Positions 1 to 10,945 of a stretch of 64,000 nucleotides of DNA are shown in pieces. The position numbers and the translations under genes were made by a program. Every line of letters starts with the position of its first letter. Positions within the stretch are counted from its first letter, which is position 1. The stretch is from positions 864,001-928,000 of the forward strand of contig CBDANF010000002.1 in assembly GCA_965197475.1 (NCBI GenBank). The letters are read 5' to 3'. This DNA is from Candidatus Poribacteria bacterium (lineage in GTDB: Bacteria; Poribacteria; WGA-4E; WGA-3G). The notes beneath the pieces were generated by a model. It did not search any database and was not told the DNA's origin. It was given only the letters and a program-made list of their open reading frames with translations.

Positions 1-290
1 AACCGAAGGTTGAAGCGAGTATCCAATCGGTATGCAACCTGCAAAAAGCTTACGCAAAGGCATTATTAGTTGATAGAGAAGCGTTGGCAGAAGCACAGGA
101 TGCAGCAGACTTGGTTGAAGCGGAGAGCATCTTACAACGTGCGTCCGAAACAGATGTGAATCCGCTGCTTGAGCAGGTGCGTTTAGAGATGGGACGAGAC
201 CCACACCCATTGACAGCATACCGAAAGAGCGGATACTATGAGAAAATTAGTAAAGCGCGCGTCGGTGGCGAAAGCCAAGGCTGGGCATGA
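1..290 (+). CDS. L-rhamnose isomerase-like sugar isomerase, C-terminal part (runs off window start)
   Basis: Frame is open from position 3 (PKVEASIQSVCNLQKAYAKALLVDREAL...AYRKSGY...GWA); resembles the C-terminus of RhaI-type isomerases; stop overlaps the rpiA start (ATGA). Confidence 0.65.
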   Translation, partial: PKVEASIQSVCNLQKAYAKALLVDREALAEAQDAADLVEAESILQRASETDVNPLLEQVRLEMGRDPHPLTAYRKSGYYEKISKARVGGESQGWA

Positions 291-961
291 ACAAGGAATA
301 CCTGAAAAAAATCGCTGCAGAAAAAGCCACTGATGAGGTCCGAGAGGGTATGGTTCTCGGATTAGGGACCGGCTCTACCGTCTACTACGCGTTATTGAAA
401 CTCGGAGCGATGGTCCGAGAAGGTCTCAATATCATTGGAATCCCAACCTCCGATGGCACAGAGAAAATCGCCATAGAACAAGGTATTCCGCTTTCAACAC
501 TTGCAGTGCATCCCACAATAGAATTAACAATTGATGGTGCCGACGAAGTGGATGCACACCTAAACTTAATTAAGGGCGGCGGTGCAGCACTTGTCAGAGA
601 AAAGATTATTGCTCATGTCTCCAAACGAATCCTGATTGTTGTTGATGAAAGCAAGGTGTCGCAAGTTCTCGGTACTTCATTTGCACTACCGGTGGAAATT
701 GTGCGGTTCGGATGGGAAGCAACACAGCGAGAAGTTGATAAGGTGTGCGAACAATCAGAATTACGCGGAGGAATTGAAAACCCGTTGATTACAGATAATG
801 GAAACTATATTTTGGATTGCCACTTCAATGGAATTCCTGAACCCGAAAAGATTGAGTTGCAACTGAACAACATCCCCGGTGTCGTTGAGAACGGTATTTT
901 TGTGAATCGCGCGGACAAAGTTATAATCGGCACCCCTTCCGGTGTCAGATACATGGAGTAG
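287..961 (+). CDS. rpiA: Ribose-5-phosphate isomerase A
   Basis: Motifs GLGTGST, DGADEVD, LIKGGG, REKI, ITDNGNYILD, IPGVVENG. Confidence 0.96.
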   Translation: MNKEYLKKIAAEKATDEVREGMVLGLGTGSTVYYALLKLGAMVREGLNIIGIPTSDGTEKIAIEQGIPLSTLAVHPTIELTIDGADEVDAHLNLIKGGGAALVREKIIAHVSKRILIVVDESKVSQVLGTSFALPVEIVRFGWEATQREVDKVCEQSELRGGIENPLITDNGNYILDCHFNGIPEPEKIELQLNNIPGVVENGIFVNRADKVIIGTPSGVRYME

Positions 962-1791
962 TGTCAATGGGCCGACATCTAATCTTGTACTCTTTACTAC
1001 TCTCTGTATCCCTCATGCTGTCTACTCCTGTTAGCGGCGAAATTTTTACGGAGAGCGGATTGGTAGATATCCCAACAGGTGAGGTGCTAAAACACGGTAT
1101 ATTCGGGGCAGGTGTATCTGCTATATTCCAGAATTCATCAGATTTCCCGCGCGATGCTGTGATGTTTCGTCTCAACTTCGGGATGTTTGATAGAGTTGAA
1201 GTCGGCTTGTCAAACCTATTGCTTCAGGATAACAACATTCCCCGCTACTTTTTGGCACACTTAAAGGCACAACTTTTAGTAGAATCAGGGTTAATCCCCA
1301 ATGTGGCATTAGGTATTGAGAATCTTGGTGATAAAGTTAACCACAAATGGAATACTTATCAACCGCAATCAGTATTCCTTGTAATCAGTAAGACGTTTAA
1401 CCTACCGAGAATTCACCTTATTTCAGGGCATATTGGTGTCGGCAATCACCGCTTTGCGTCCGATGAACGACCCATCGGACTGTTCGCAGGTATTAGCACA
1501 GAACTCCACCCTGCTTTTGCAAGAGGTGATATTGGTATTAATTTAGAATTTGATGGGGCGAGTATAAACGTTGGTGTACGGCATACTGCCGATAGTGGAC
1601 TTCAGGTTGCACTTGGTGCTGAAACATTGAACAAACCCGAAAAGATTCGTTATCTCGTCTCAATTGCGTGGACAAATGCACAGATGATGGAACAGATAGC
1701 AGGCGCGAAGCGACTTGCGCTACAAGCAGCAAAACTCGCAAGGCAAGCAAAACGCCCATCAACGAAAAAAGAAGAAACGTCAGCACAGTAG
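961..1791 (+). CDS. Secreted, probable outer-membrane beta-barrel protein (YjbH-like)
   Basis: N-terminal signal peptide, GLVDIPT motif, amphipathic beta-strand pattern. Confidence 0.5.
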   Translation: MSMGRHLILYSLLLSVSLMLSTPVSGEIFTESGLVDIPTGEVLKHGIFGAGVSAIFQNSSDFPRDAVMFRLNFGMFDRVEVGLSNLLLQDNNIPRYFLAHLKAQLLVESGLIPNVALGIENLGDKVNHKWNTYQPQSVFLVISKTFNLPRIHLISGHIGVGNHRFASDERPIGLFAGISTELHPAFARGDIGINLEFDGASINVGVRHTADSGLQVALGAETLNKPEKIRYLVSIAWTNAQMMEQIAGAKRLALQAAKLARQAKRPSTKKEETSAQ

Positions 1792-1843
1792 CACAATCCT
1801 CTTGTAGAGGGATTTTCAACCACGATTAGAAATTACTGGTTTA

Positions 1844-2761
1844 CTACTTTGCCTCAATAGATTCCATCACATTCTGAAGCGATTTGAGTAACTCAGGCAA
1901 GAAATCTTGCGGCGGCACAAGGATAATTTCAATCCTGCGATTTTTTGCCTTCGCCTCTGCTGTTTCTGCCGTATCTATCGGTTGGTAAAACGCATATCCC
2001 GTTGCCGCTAAACGTTCTGGAGTGACATTAGCATTTTCTTGCAAATACTTCACTGCAGATATTGCCCTTTGTGTTGAGAGGTCCCAGTTCCGCAGTGCCG
2101 AACCCGCGATCGGGTTGTTGTCCGTATGCCCTTCAATGCGAATTGCGTAATCTGAATAATCTGAGTTTAGCAATATCTCTTCTGCAATTGCATCAAGTAG
2201 TTTTTTCCCCTCTGAACTCAGGACATCGCTGCCTGTTTCAAATAGAATTTTCCCCTTGACATCAAGCGTCAGTCGTCCTGCTTCATCCAACACTGCTCCG
2301 ACTGTATCTTTAAACCGTTCTTGGATAGCTGCAATCGACCGTTGTGATTGATCGCGAATCCGTTGTAATTCCGATTCAATCTTGGTCAACTTTGCACGAA
2401 GATTTTCCTTTTCGCTTTCAAGCGCGCTTTTGTCCTGTTGGAGTTTGTTCCGTTCAGCAGCGATCTTTCGCGCGGCCTCACTTGCATTTTCCAAAATCTC
2501 TTTCGTTCGGCTCAGTTCTGTCTGCGTTCCTTTGAAGGTCTTTTCGGTTTCAGCTAACTGTTTTTCTAACTCGGTTTTCGCAGTCTCAGTCGTTTGCAAT
2601 GTTGTTTTGGTAGTAGTCAAGTCTGCTTGCGTCTGCTTGAGTTCATCAGAAGTTGAATAGAGCAAAACTCCCAAAACGATGGCTGCAATAACAGCAACAA
2701 TTATAGATATGATTGCAACAATTCCTTTTTTACCCATCTGATTTTCCACCTGATTCTCCAT
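1844..2761 (-). CDS. OmpA/MotB-family peptidoglycan-binding membrane protein with coiled coil
   Basis: N-terminal TM helix, long coiled coil, then ILFETGS, IEGHTDN, NWDLSTQRA, NRRIEI; AAGGAG RBS before ATG at 2761. Confidence 0.88.
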   Translation of the reverse strand: MENQVENQMGKKGIVAIISIIVAVIAAIVLGVLLYSTSDELKQTQADLTTTKTTLQTTETAKTELEKQLAETEKTFKGTQTELSRTKEILENASEAARKIAAERNKLQQDKSALESEKENLRAKLTKIESELQRIRDQSQRSIAAIQERFKDTVGAVLDEAGRLTLDVKGKILFETGSDVLSSEGKKLLDAIAEEILLNSDYSDYAIRIEGHTDNNPIAGSALRNWDLSTQRAISAVKYLQENANVTPERLAATGYAFYQPIDTAETAEAKAKNRRIEIILVPPQDFLPELLKSLQNVMESIEAK

Positions 2762-2762
2762 C

Positions 2763-3059
2763 TTATTCTCCTTGTAGGTTAAGTATAACATCAAAACTAT
2801 CGTCTTTTGATGTCTTATTCTTTTTGGTTATACTGCACACGGTGCAACGGTGGATAAGGATATAACCACCCTGTTTCATGGTGAACCCTACCGGTTCCAT
2901 TAAGCCGAAACAGGTCCCAGCGCGATCGCCTGGATTCACATCTACGTGTTGACTCCAGAGACATTCTGGACAGTGATTGGTGTAACCGTTTCCCCTCACA
3001 AATATGCCGCAATTTCCGCATGTAAAATCTTCAATGTGACGTTGAAATTTCTTATTCAC
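2763..3059 (-). CDS. RNHCP-domain zinc-ribbon protein
   Basis: FTCGNCG, YTNHCPECLWSQHVD, PGDR, HRCTVC. Confidence 0.85.
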   Translation of the reverse strand: MNKKFQRHIEDFTCGNCGIFVRGNGYTNHCPECLWSQHVDVNPGDRAGTCFGLMEPVGFTMKQGGYILIHRCTVCSITKKNKTSKDDSFDVILNLQGE

Positions 3060-3668
3060 TATTCAATGCTATCCTTTTCACCTGAGTGATCCGGTCTAAT
3101 GTTCGTTTTAAACTCGGAGATACGTTGGATGCACGTTCTAAATCCCAATGTTCTCGGACAAACTGCCTTAAACGGGTGTTATAACCATAACCTACTGGAA
3201 TTCTTGCTCCTTGTTGCGGAATCAGTTCATCTCGTATTTTTCTTTTTTTACTCATTCGTGCAAGTGAAACAAGGAATTCTTTGGGATTAAGGATCTCATC
3301 CGTGGTTGTCGGAATACGATGGGTAGGAATTGATAGAAAGGCTGCAAATCCTGCCCGATCAGCCATCACCCAAGATTCGACTTCCATCACAGCCGCACGA
3401 AACAAAAATCTTGGGTTGAGAGGACCTTTAATCCATGAGTAACAAGTCCTGGTGGACAACCTCGGGGCGAGTCTAAATCTGTCAACATAAAAATACCACG
3501 TTCTTCATGTGCTGCTTCGTTGAAACTCTGGGCTTTTTGTTGGAGGTAAGAGTTTCCTTTATACCCAGTTTTTCGCGAGATTTCAACATTAAAATGCTCA
3601 AGAATTTTAGTCGCAACTGTATCACTGAGTCTATCCTCAATCGCAAGAATTACGTTTTTTAATCCCAT
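3052..3668 (-). pseudogene. DUF4276-like (TOPRIM-like) partner of AAA ATPase, frameshifted
   Basis: ORF 3387-3668 (LAIED, LTDLD, CPP) continues in another frame as 3052-3459 (AVMEVESWVMADR, PKEFL, SPSL); shift near 3440. Confidence 0.7.
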
Positions 3669-4808
3669 TCCAATAAACTCAATTGTTTGGGGTATCTGGT
3701 TAACACGATTTCACCCACTGTAATCCCATTTTTAAGGAGGACACACACTTCCTCAAAATCGGAGGCGGGTTTAACCACTGTCCCTCCTTTGCCAGGTGTG
3801 AGCATTAGTACTTCTCTACCATCAATGCCAGGTTCAATAAGAAGCACATCACTTTGTGTGCTAATTAAAACTTGGCATCCACTGTTCCTCTGCATCCGAG
3901 AAATCACAGGAGCAAGTTGAGAAACAATTCCGAGATTTAATGAGAGTTCAGGTTCTTCTAACAATACTATTGAATTGTTTTCGAGAAGTGACCACAAGAG
4001 TCCAATAAGCCGAAGCATCCCATCCGAAAATTGATCTTCGCGCTGCTTATTTTCACTTGAATACCAATGCGAATAATGTGCTTGTAAATGTGGATGTCCA
4101 GTGGTTTTATCGCGAATAAATTCCAATTTTTCGAACTGTGGGACTGCGATTTTGAGTGCATGTTCAATTTTTTTTGAGGCGGGAACGACGGGTGCTCGGA
4201 TGCGCACTCGCAACTCTTTCAAGAAATCCCTGTCCAAACGGATCATCTTCAATTATTTTGCCCTGAATCGCATCCGAAAATCGGATAAATTGCGGTACCA
4301 GATGAAGATAGGCGACATTTCTGAGGAATTTGCCAATCTCTCGAAACTTTGCATTAGTAGCACTTTGTTCAAGAGCAGTTTGCGTAAGACGGTCTGAGTC
4401 CTCGTTGTCATCTGAATCAGGTCTATCAACGAGCAGTTCACCTTCTCTCCAGACGCGTTCATGCGTGAGATAGGCTTGGCAATCGTCGCGAGTCTCTTGG
4501 CGAAATCCCACACCATATTGCCAAGTAGCAGGTTCATCTGGTGTTTCCGCGATGTGAATTTCTATAGCAACTTCTGGTTCATGTCCTGCGGACAGACACC
4601 GTATTTTGGAGACACCGCCCCGATCCTTGACTGCTTTCTGGAATCCGCCGCCATCTACTTTGACAATATCACGCAGAAAGCGAAAAATGTCCAGTAGATT
4701 AGATTTACCCGAAGCATTTGGACCAACGATAAACTGCCGCTCTCTAAGGGGAACATTAACCTGTTGAAAACTTCGCCAGTTTTTGGCAATAAGTCGATTG
4801 ATAATCAT
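3659..4808 (-). pseudogene. ABC/AAA_21-type ATPase, frameshifted
   Basis: KNWRSF and Walker A GPNASGKSN in 4164-4808; signature FSDG and Walker B LLEEPE in 3659-4252. An 8-nt homopolymer at 4168-4175 needs 7 nt to read RRSRLKKIEHAL in frame. Confidence 0.8.
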
Positions 4809-4958
4809 AATGACAAGTTCCCTCTACAATAGATATGTCTGCAATGTGATATGAAAATGATAACATATCCGAGACACGGACGCCAACCGAAAATGCGTGA
4901 TGAGCATTCCACTTTCGCAGAGAAAAGACTCAATCAGGAAACCTCGCCTAATGAACCT

Positions 4959-7085
4959 TTAAGAACCGATGAAGGGTTTGACATCCCACAGCAGGATTGT
5001 GCAGTCGTGACTCCCACTTGCGAGAAGCGTGTTGTCTGGCGAAAAGGTGAGTGACTGTACATCCGTTGGATGTCCCCAGAAGGTCGTGATCTCCTCACCG
5101 GTAGCAACATCCCACAACCGGATTGCCATCTTCTCCATCCCTTTCTCCCTTTGCCACCACGTCCCGGATGCGAGATACTTACCACACGGTGAAAAAGCAA
5201 GGGCATACGGCTTTTGTGTCTGCGGTTGCGGTATCTCCAAAAGCGTTGTCAGCGTTTCAGCACACCACAAGCGGAGTTCACCGAACATCCCTGTAGCAAT
5301 TACGCTGCCACACGGTGAAAATGCTAACCCCATAAGTGTCCGAGATTCATCCAAGGGAAACGTCGCAATTTGTTCACCCGATGCAACATCCCACAACTTG
5401 GAGGTTTTATCGCTTGAACTATTGACCAGTCGCTTGCCATCTGGTGCGAAGGACACTGACCAGATGAAATCTGTATGCCCTGTGAGTGATCTCAACCTCT
5501 CATTCCGTTTGAGATCGTATAGATAGATTGTGCCTTCTCTACTTCCGACTGCAAGCCGATCACCTGCCGGTGCGAACGCCATACGCCAAACTAAGTGTGC
5601 CTGTTCGGTAAATTCAGCAATTGGTTCATCAGGTTTCTCAGCATCCCAGACCGCGACATTTTCTTCATCCTGTACAGTAGCAGCCAGCATGTTTCCGCAC
5701 GGCAAAACAGTAAAAGAGGTGATACGCTTATCCCCCAGTAATATTTTCTGTGCCTGCTTACGTTCAACATCCCATAACACAACCCCCATGCGATAGCCCT
5801 TTGCGGCAAGGGTCGATCCATCCGCCGAAAACAGTACAGGATCTGGATAACAGGCAAACTCACGAAGCGTTGAGGATGTATGAATATTACCAACCTTAGT
5901 CTTTTTGTCAGCAATAGCCAACTGTGGGAACTTCTTAAACCATTTGGCATCAATACTCTTCGGGTGCAATTCGAGTGTGTGTAATTTTTCACGGCGTTCC
6001 ATATTCCAAATCTCAATTGTATTTTGCCGATCAACAGCAGCAAGTAACACACCCTCTGGCGAGTAGAATGGCTCTTTCCAAGATTTACCTGAGTCTGTAT
6101 AAACCATCTTTTGTACACCCTTTCGGAGCTCCCATACACGCAGTATTTTTTCTTCACCATCTTCACCGCTTGATGCAGATGATGCCAAGCATAGACCGCA
6201 CGGCGAGAAAACAATACGATGACCCCAATTGCTATGTTCTGTGAGGTAAGCGAAGCGTTCACCCGTCGCGATTTCCCATACCGAGATAAAATTGTAACTA
6301 CTGGCGGCATCCTCAGCTTTGCTTAAGGTTTCATCGGGACACGCACACGCTATCAGACGACTATCTGGAGAAAAGACAAAATTTCTACCTGCAAACTTAA
6401 GGATTGCCTCACCCGTTTCTGGATGCCATACGTAAGTTTGTATTCCTTCTGTGTCTGGATTAACGAGTTTGCGTTCACCGTCTCGGAACGTATAAACTTT
6501 AGGATTTCCCACAGTAGCAGCAAGGAATTTGCTGTCCGCCGAAAACTCAAGATGGGCAACATCATTTGATTGCGTATCACGTTCACCTCTGTCCATCCGT
6601 GCGATGCACACACCTTGGTGAATATCCAATACTTCAATAACGCCCTTCTGATTCGCGGTGGCAATCCACTTGCGATCTGGGGAAAAGACAACATGCGCAT
6701 AGATATTCTGCGCTCCCGTCCGCTTCATCTGCGCGATGCACTCACCTGTCTGAACATCCATTACCTTGAGGATACCATCCCAATTGGCGATAGCGATCCA
6801 CTCGCCATCGGGTGAAAAATCAGCACTGGCGATCAATCCCCGCTCTGTTTCCCACAATGCAATAGGAGGCTTTGACGACATTTCATACCACCAGAGTCCT
6901 ATACGGGTTTGAACGGCGAAATACACACCGTCTGGAGAGAGTGCCAGTTTCGGTCCCCCACCAGACAATACAATTCCTTTTCCCAATCGGGCAATCGCGC
7001 CTTCCGGTAATGCCCACGTTGTTCCTTCGGAGTCACTCGGAACAACGTTAAGCGGTGCTGGTCTGCGGCTTTGCATGGTATTCAC
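4959..7085 (-). CDS. WD40-repeat beta-propeller protein
   Basis: Many GH...FSPDG...LWD repeats; N-terminal WALPEGAIARLGKG signature. Confidence 0.92.
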   Translation of the reverse strand: MNTMQSRRPAPLNVVPSDSEGTTWALPEGAIARLGKGIVLSGGGPKLALSPDGVYFAVQTRIGLWWYEMSSKPPIALWETERGLIASADFSPDGEWIAIANWDGILKVMDVQTGECIAQMKRTGAQNIYAHVVFSPDRKWIATANQKGVIEVLDIHQGVCIARMDRGERDTQSNDVAHLEFSADSKFLAATVGNPKVYTFRDGERKLVNPDTEGIQTYVWHPETGEAILKFAGRNFVFSPDSRLIACACPDETLSKAEDAASSYNFISVWEIATGERFAYLTEHSNWGHRIVFSPCGLCLASSASSGEDGEEKILRVWELRKGVQKMVYTDSGKSWKEPFYSPEGVLLAAVDRQNTIEIWNMERREKLHTLELHPKSIDAKWFKKFPQLAIADKKTKVGNIHTSSTLREFACYPDPVLFSADGSTLAAKGYRMGVVLWDVERKQAQKILLGDKRITSFTVLPCGNMLAATVQDEENVAVWDAEKPDEPIAEFTEQAHLVWRMAFAPAGDRLAVGSREGTIYLYDLKRNERLRSLTGHTDFIWSVSFAPDGKRLVNSSSDKTSKLWDVASGEQIATFPLDESRTLMGLAFSPCGSVIATGMFGELRLWCAETLTTLLEIPQPQTQKPYALAFSPCGKYLASGTWWQREKGMEKMAIRLWDVATGEEITTFWGHPTDVQSLTFSPDNTLLASGSHDCTILLWDVKPFIGS

Positions 7086-7119
7086 TCCTTAACAGATTTG
7101 ACATTCAGTGTCCCACGTT

Positions 7120-9029
7120 TTAAGTATCGATGAAGGGCTTCACATCCCACAGCAGAATTGTGCCATCAAAACCACCACTCGCCAAAAGCGTCCCATCAGG
7201 TGAAAAGGCAAGCGACTGCACATCTGTCGTATGTCCCCAGAAGGTATGGATATTCTCGCCAGTTTCAACATTCCATAAACGGATTGCCATCTTCTCCATT
7301 CCCTTTTGCCACCAGGTCCCAGACGCAAGATATTTGCTACACGGCGAAAAAGCAAGTGCATCATACGTCCGTCGGCTGTTCTCAGGTTGCGGTATCGTGC
7401 GTAACGCCGTCAGTTGCTCAGCACACCACAAGCGAACCTCGTCGCCCATTCCGCCAGCAATTAGCTTGCCACATGGTGAGAATGCTATTGCTGCTCTGTA
7501 TGTGAGAGGTTCATCCAAAGGGAGTGTCGCAATCTGTTCACCAGATTCAACGTCCCATAACCGGACTGTTTTATCCTTTGATCCACTCGCAAGTCCTTTA
7601 CCATCTGGAGAAAATGCCAACGAACAGATGAGATCGGTGTGGCCTGTAAGGCGTTCCAATTTTTCCTTTTGTTTGAAATTCCATACATAAATCGCGTTAT
7701 CTATGCCTCTTCCCGCAAACCGATCACCTGTTGGAGTAAATACTATACACTCTATTGATTCCGTTTGTTGAGCGATTTCAAATTCGGCAATCGGTTCATC
7801 AGGTTTGTCAACATCCCACACGTAGACAGTCCGTTGATTATTGGAGCGATCTCTATAAGAGGAAACAGCCAAGATGTTACCATCAGGGCGAAAAGCGAAC
7901 GATTTGATGAACACTTCCTTCATTAAAGTTTTCCGTGCTTCCTTACTCACAACATCCCATAACACGACACCTCTACCTGAACGTATACATGCGAGTGTCT
8001 GTCCATCCGGTGAAAAACGGATCTGTCCCAGAGGGTAAACAGATTCACCCAATATTGAGGATTTGTGTATGTTTCTACATTTATCCTTTTTATGCGAAGG
8101 GATATCTGCATCTGTGTCGGAGAGAGTTAATTGCGGATATCTTTTTATACATGTAGCTTCAATACTTTCTGGATGTAAGTCCAAAACATGTAGCTTTTCA
8201 CGGCGTTCTACATTCCAGACTTCAATTGTGTCTTGTCGATCCTCAATAGCATGTAGTTCACCTTTTAGTGAGAAAAATGGGTTTCTCCTGACTGTCCCAG
8301 ATTCGTTATATATCATCTTTGGCATATTCTTTCCAAATTCCCACACATTTAGTGTTTTATCTCCTTGTGTGACACACGCCAACTGACGATTGTCCGGTGA
8401 AAAAGCAAAATGTCTTCCCTCAAACTTCATAATCGGTGTTCCAGTTTCTGATGGCCATACATAAGTATTCCAATCTGCTGTAGCGGCGAGGAGTTTTCTA
8501 TCAGGCGAAAAATCGAGTCGAGAAATTCCACCCCTGGTTTCATGTCCACCCCAATCCATCTCCGCGATGCGGACACCGTTTTGGAGATCCAATACTTGAA
8601 CTATGCGCTTAGATTGGGAGGCGGAGGCAATCCAATTGCTCTCTGGAGAAAAGGTAATGTATCTATTTTTCATCCACATTATTTCTGTGATACACTCACC
8701 ACTCTGAACATCTCGTATCTTAATTCTACCATCCCAATTGTGCCAATGGCAATCAACTTACCATCAGACGAAAAATTGACAGCAGAAATAAGACCGCGTT
8801 CCGTTTCCCACAAAGCAATGGGTGACCTTGACGACATTTTGTACCACCAGAGTCCCATACGAGTGCCAATGACGAAATATGTGCCATCTGGAGAAATTCC
8901 TACCTCACTCTCTCTTTGTTGATAATACCCCTTCCCTAATCGCGCGAGTGAACCTTCCGGTAATGCCCATGTTGTACCTGTCGTGTCGTCCGGCACAACA
9001 TTAAATGGTGCAGGTTTTGGGTTTTGCAT
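7120..9029 (-). pseudogene. WD40-repeat protein, paralog of 4959-7085, frameshifted near 8740
   Basis: 8679-9029 matches the paralog N-terminus (WALPEGSLARLGKG); two extra bases before AATTGGGATGG break the IAIG-NWDG reading that continues into 7120-8679. Confidence 0.82.
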
Positions 9030-9087
9030 TGTATTTACTCCTTGTTATGGAAAGCACTGAGGCACGGAGATATCGCGCTACAAATGG

Positions 9088-10326
9088 TTATAGTTCTGCA
9101 CGCGTCATAAAGGTTGCGTAGATAGCAGAAGTCCGTACCAGATCGGGAATATGCACGCGTTCATTTATAGCATGTCCGCCTTCACCGCGCGGTCCATATC
9201 CAATTCCCGGCAATCCTGTATTGACAAAATAGTGTAAATCCGTAAACCCAGCAGTACTCTTAAATTTCGGCTGATTGAAACGCACAGTACGCACTGCATC
9301 AGCAAAACCTTGCGCTAAAGGAGAATCGATATCTGTCAAGCACGGTTCAATTCGTAAGATGGCACGCACCTCAGCCTTCAAATCCGGATAGTACTCACAT
9401 GCCCCAGAGATTGCTTCTCGCAATTCAAGTTCTGCAAACTCAAGCTTTTCATTCGGTGTGACGCGCCGGTCAATTGAAAACGTGAGATGTGCAGGAACAG
9501 TGTTGATTTTATCCCCTTCAGTGCCGCAAAACGTTCCACCAATGTTCAATGTCGGATAACGTTCTGCGCTATCAGGTAGTTTAAATGCACGCTCCTCCGA
9601 TTTCAAATCCCGTTTAACCCGTTGCAATGCCGATACAAGTTCAGCTGTTTTCTCAAAGGCATTTATCCCCTTTTCTGGTTGAGACCCGTGTGCTGCTTTT
9701 CCCTGAACTTCAATTTCCAACCAAAGCACACCGTTATGTCCGTTACCGATGTTCATCTCCGAACCACCTTCACAGTTGACAACGTAGTCAGCGTTGACTA
9801 AACCCTTCTCTACAATATATCCTGCTCCCAACTGTCCACCAGTCTCTTCGTCGCAGGTGAACGAGCATTCAATGTTAAATAACGGTTCAACACCATTCTC
9901 TTGGACAACCTGAATTGCAAACAGAAGCGCAGCGATAGCATCCTTCATATCATCAGCACCGCGCCCGTAAAGCCATTCGCCTTCAATCTTTCCGCTGAAC
10001 GGATCGTTGAAACGCCACTCCCCCGCAACTGGCACGACATCGTAGTGGGCATTGAAATGTACCGTCTTTTCTGCACCAACATCCCAGCGTGCAATCAGGT
10101 TCAACCTTGGATGGCTTGATGCGTTTGAGATAACTTGTTCGGCACGTCGTTTTGGAATCTTAACGATTTTTGTCTTCATCCCCAACGCCTTGCACTTCGC
10201 TTCAAGCAGCGCAACAATCTCAGCATAATTTTCCCCCGGTGGATTTACAGTAGGAATTCTGACAAGTTCTTGTAGCAACCCACACAACGAAGCTTGATTA
10301 TCCTTAATATAGGTTTGTATTGACAT
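9088..10326 (-). CDS. M20 family (ArgE/DapE) metallo-deacylase
   Basis: NAHYDVVP, YGRGADDMK, CDEE, GKAAHGS, H..NERV. Confidence 0.9.
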   Translation of the reverse strand: MSIQTYIKDNQASLCGLLQELVRIPTVNPPGENYAEIVALLEAKCKALGMKTKIVKIPKRRAEQVISNASSHPRLNLIARWDVGAEKTVHFNAHYDVVPVAGEWRFNDPFSGKIEGEWLYGRGADDMKDAIAALLFAIQVVQENGVEPLFNIECSFTCDEETGGQLGAGYIVEKGLVNADYVVNCEGGSEMNIGNGHNGVLWLEIEVQGKAAHGSQPEKGINAFEKTAELVSALQRVKRDLKSEERAFKLPDSAERYPTLNIGGTFCGTEGDKINTVPAHLTFSIDRRVTPNEKLEFAELELREAISGACEYYPDLKAEVRAILRIEPCLTDIDSPLAQGFADAVRTVRFNQPKFKSTAGFTDLHYFVNTGLPGIGYGPRGEGGHAINERVHIPDLVRTSAIYATFMTRAEL

Positions 10327-10355
10327 ATTTAATGTCTCCTTTAGCGGTTCCATGT

Positions 10356-10769
10356 TTACGATACAACCGCTTGGTCACCTGCCGACAGGTGACCAACTGT
10401 TTCGCCGGTCTCCGTAAAGGTGCGGGTTACTTCAACAGAAGCATACGTCCACAAAATCTTCATGGGGGCATCGCTTTCATTCCAAAACCGGTGGGGGATA
10501 CCAGCCGGAACAAACGTTGTGTCGTAGGTATTCATTGTGAAGATTTCACCATCAACTTCACAAGCGGCTTTACCTTCAAGAATTGTCACAGATTCATCGC
10601 AGTTATGGTAATGGCGTGCGATCGCTGCGCCGGGTTCAAACATTGTAATGCCATTTGTGAGCGATGTAGAATCAAGCCATTTACCTGCTAACGGCACTGT
10701 TTGGACACCAGTGCCGCGGTCAATAGGATTCTGTTTGTCAAAATCAATTATATGTGCTTTTGTACTCAT
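10356..10769 (-). CDS. Cupin-domain protein
   Basis: HYHNCDE...LEG and VPAGIPHRFWN cupin motifs. Confidence 0.88.
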   Translation of the reverse strand: MSTKAHIIDFDKQNPIDRGTGVQTVPLAGKWLDSTSLTNGITMFEPGAAIARHYHNCDESVTILEGKAACEVDGEIFTMNTYDTTFVPAGIPHRFWNESDAPMKILWTYASVEVTRTFTETGETVGHLSAGDQAVVS

Positions 10770-10945
10770 TTTTTGTCAATCTCTCTCAGTTTGAATTTGT
10801 CATAGTTTCACACAAATACACAAAAATTTCAACAAGTAATTGGATGTTCGTGGATTCGTTCAATTGAGTTTGTTTCCAGAACTCTGGAGCGAAACATTCT
10901 TGCCGAAGATTTGTACAACCATGATTTATGAAAAGACTATATTTT

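Noticed and set aside
1844-2761. Flagellar stator MotB
   Set aside because: No motA neighbour, and the TM helix lacks the conserved Asp.
5029-8922. Long antisense or alternate-frame ORFs over the WD40 genes (also 23436-23960, 39477-40001, 40953-41525, 44280-44777)
   Set aside because: They are shadows of well-supported genes and carry no motifs of their own.
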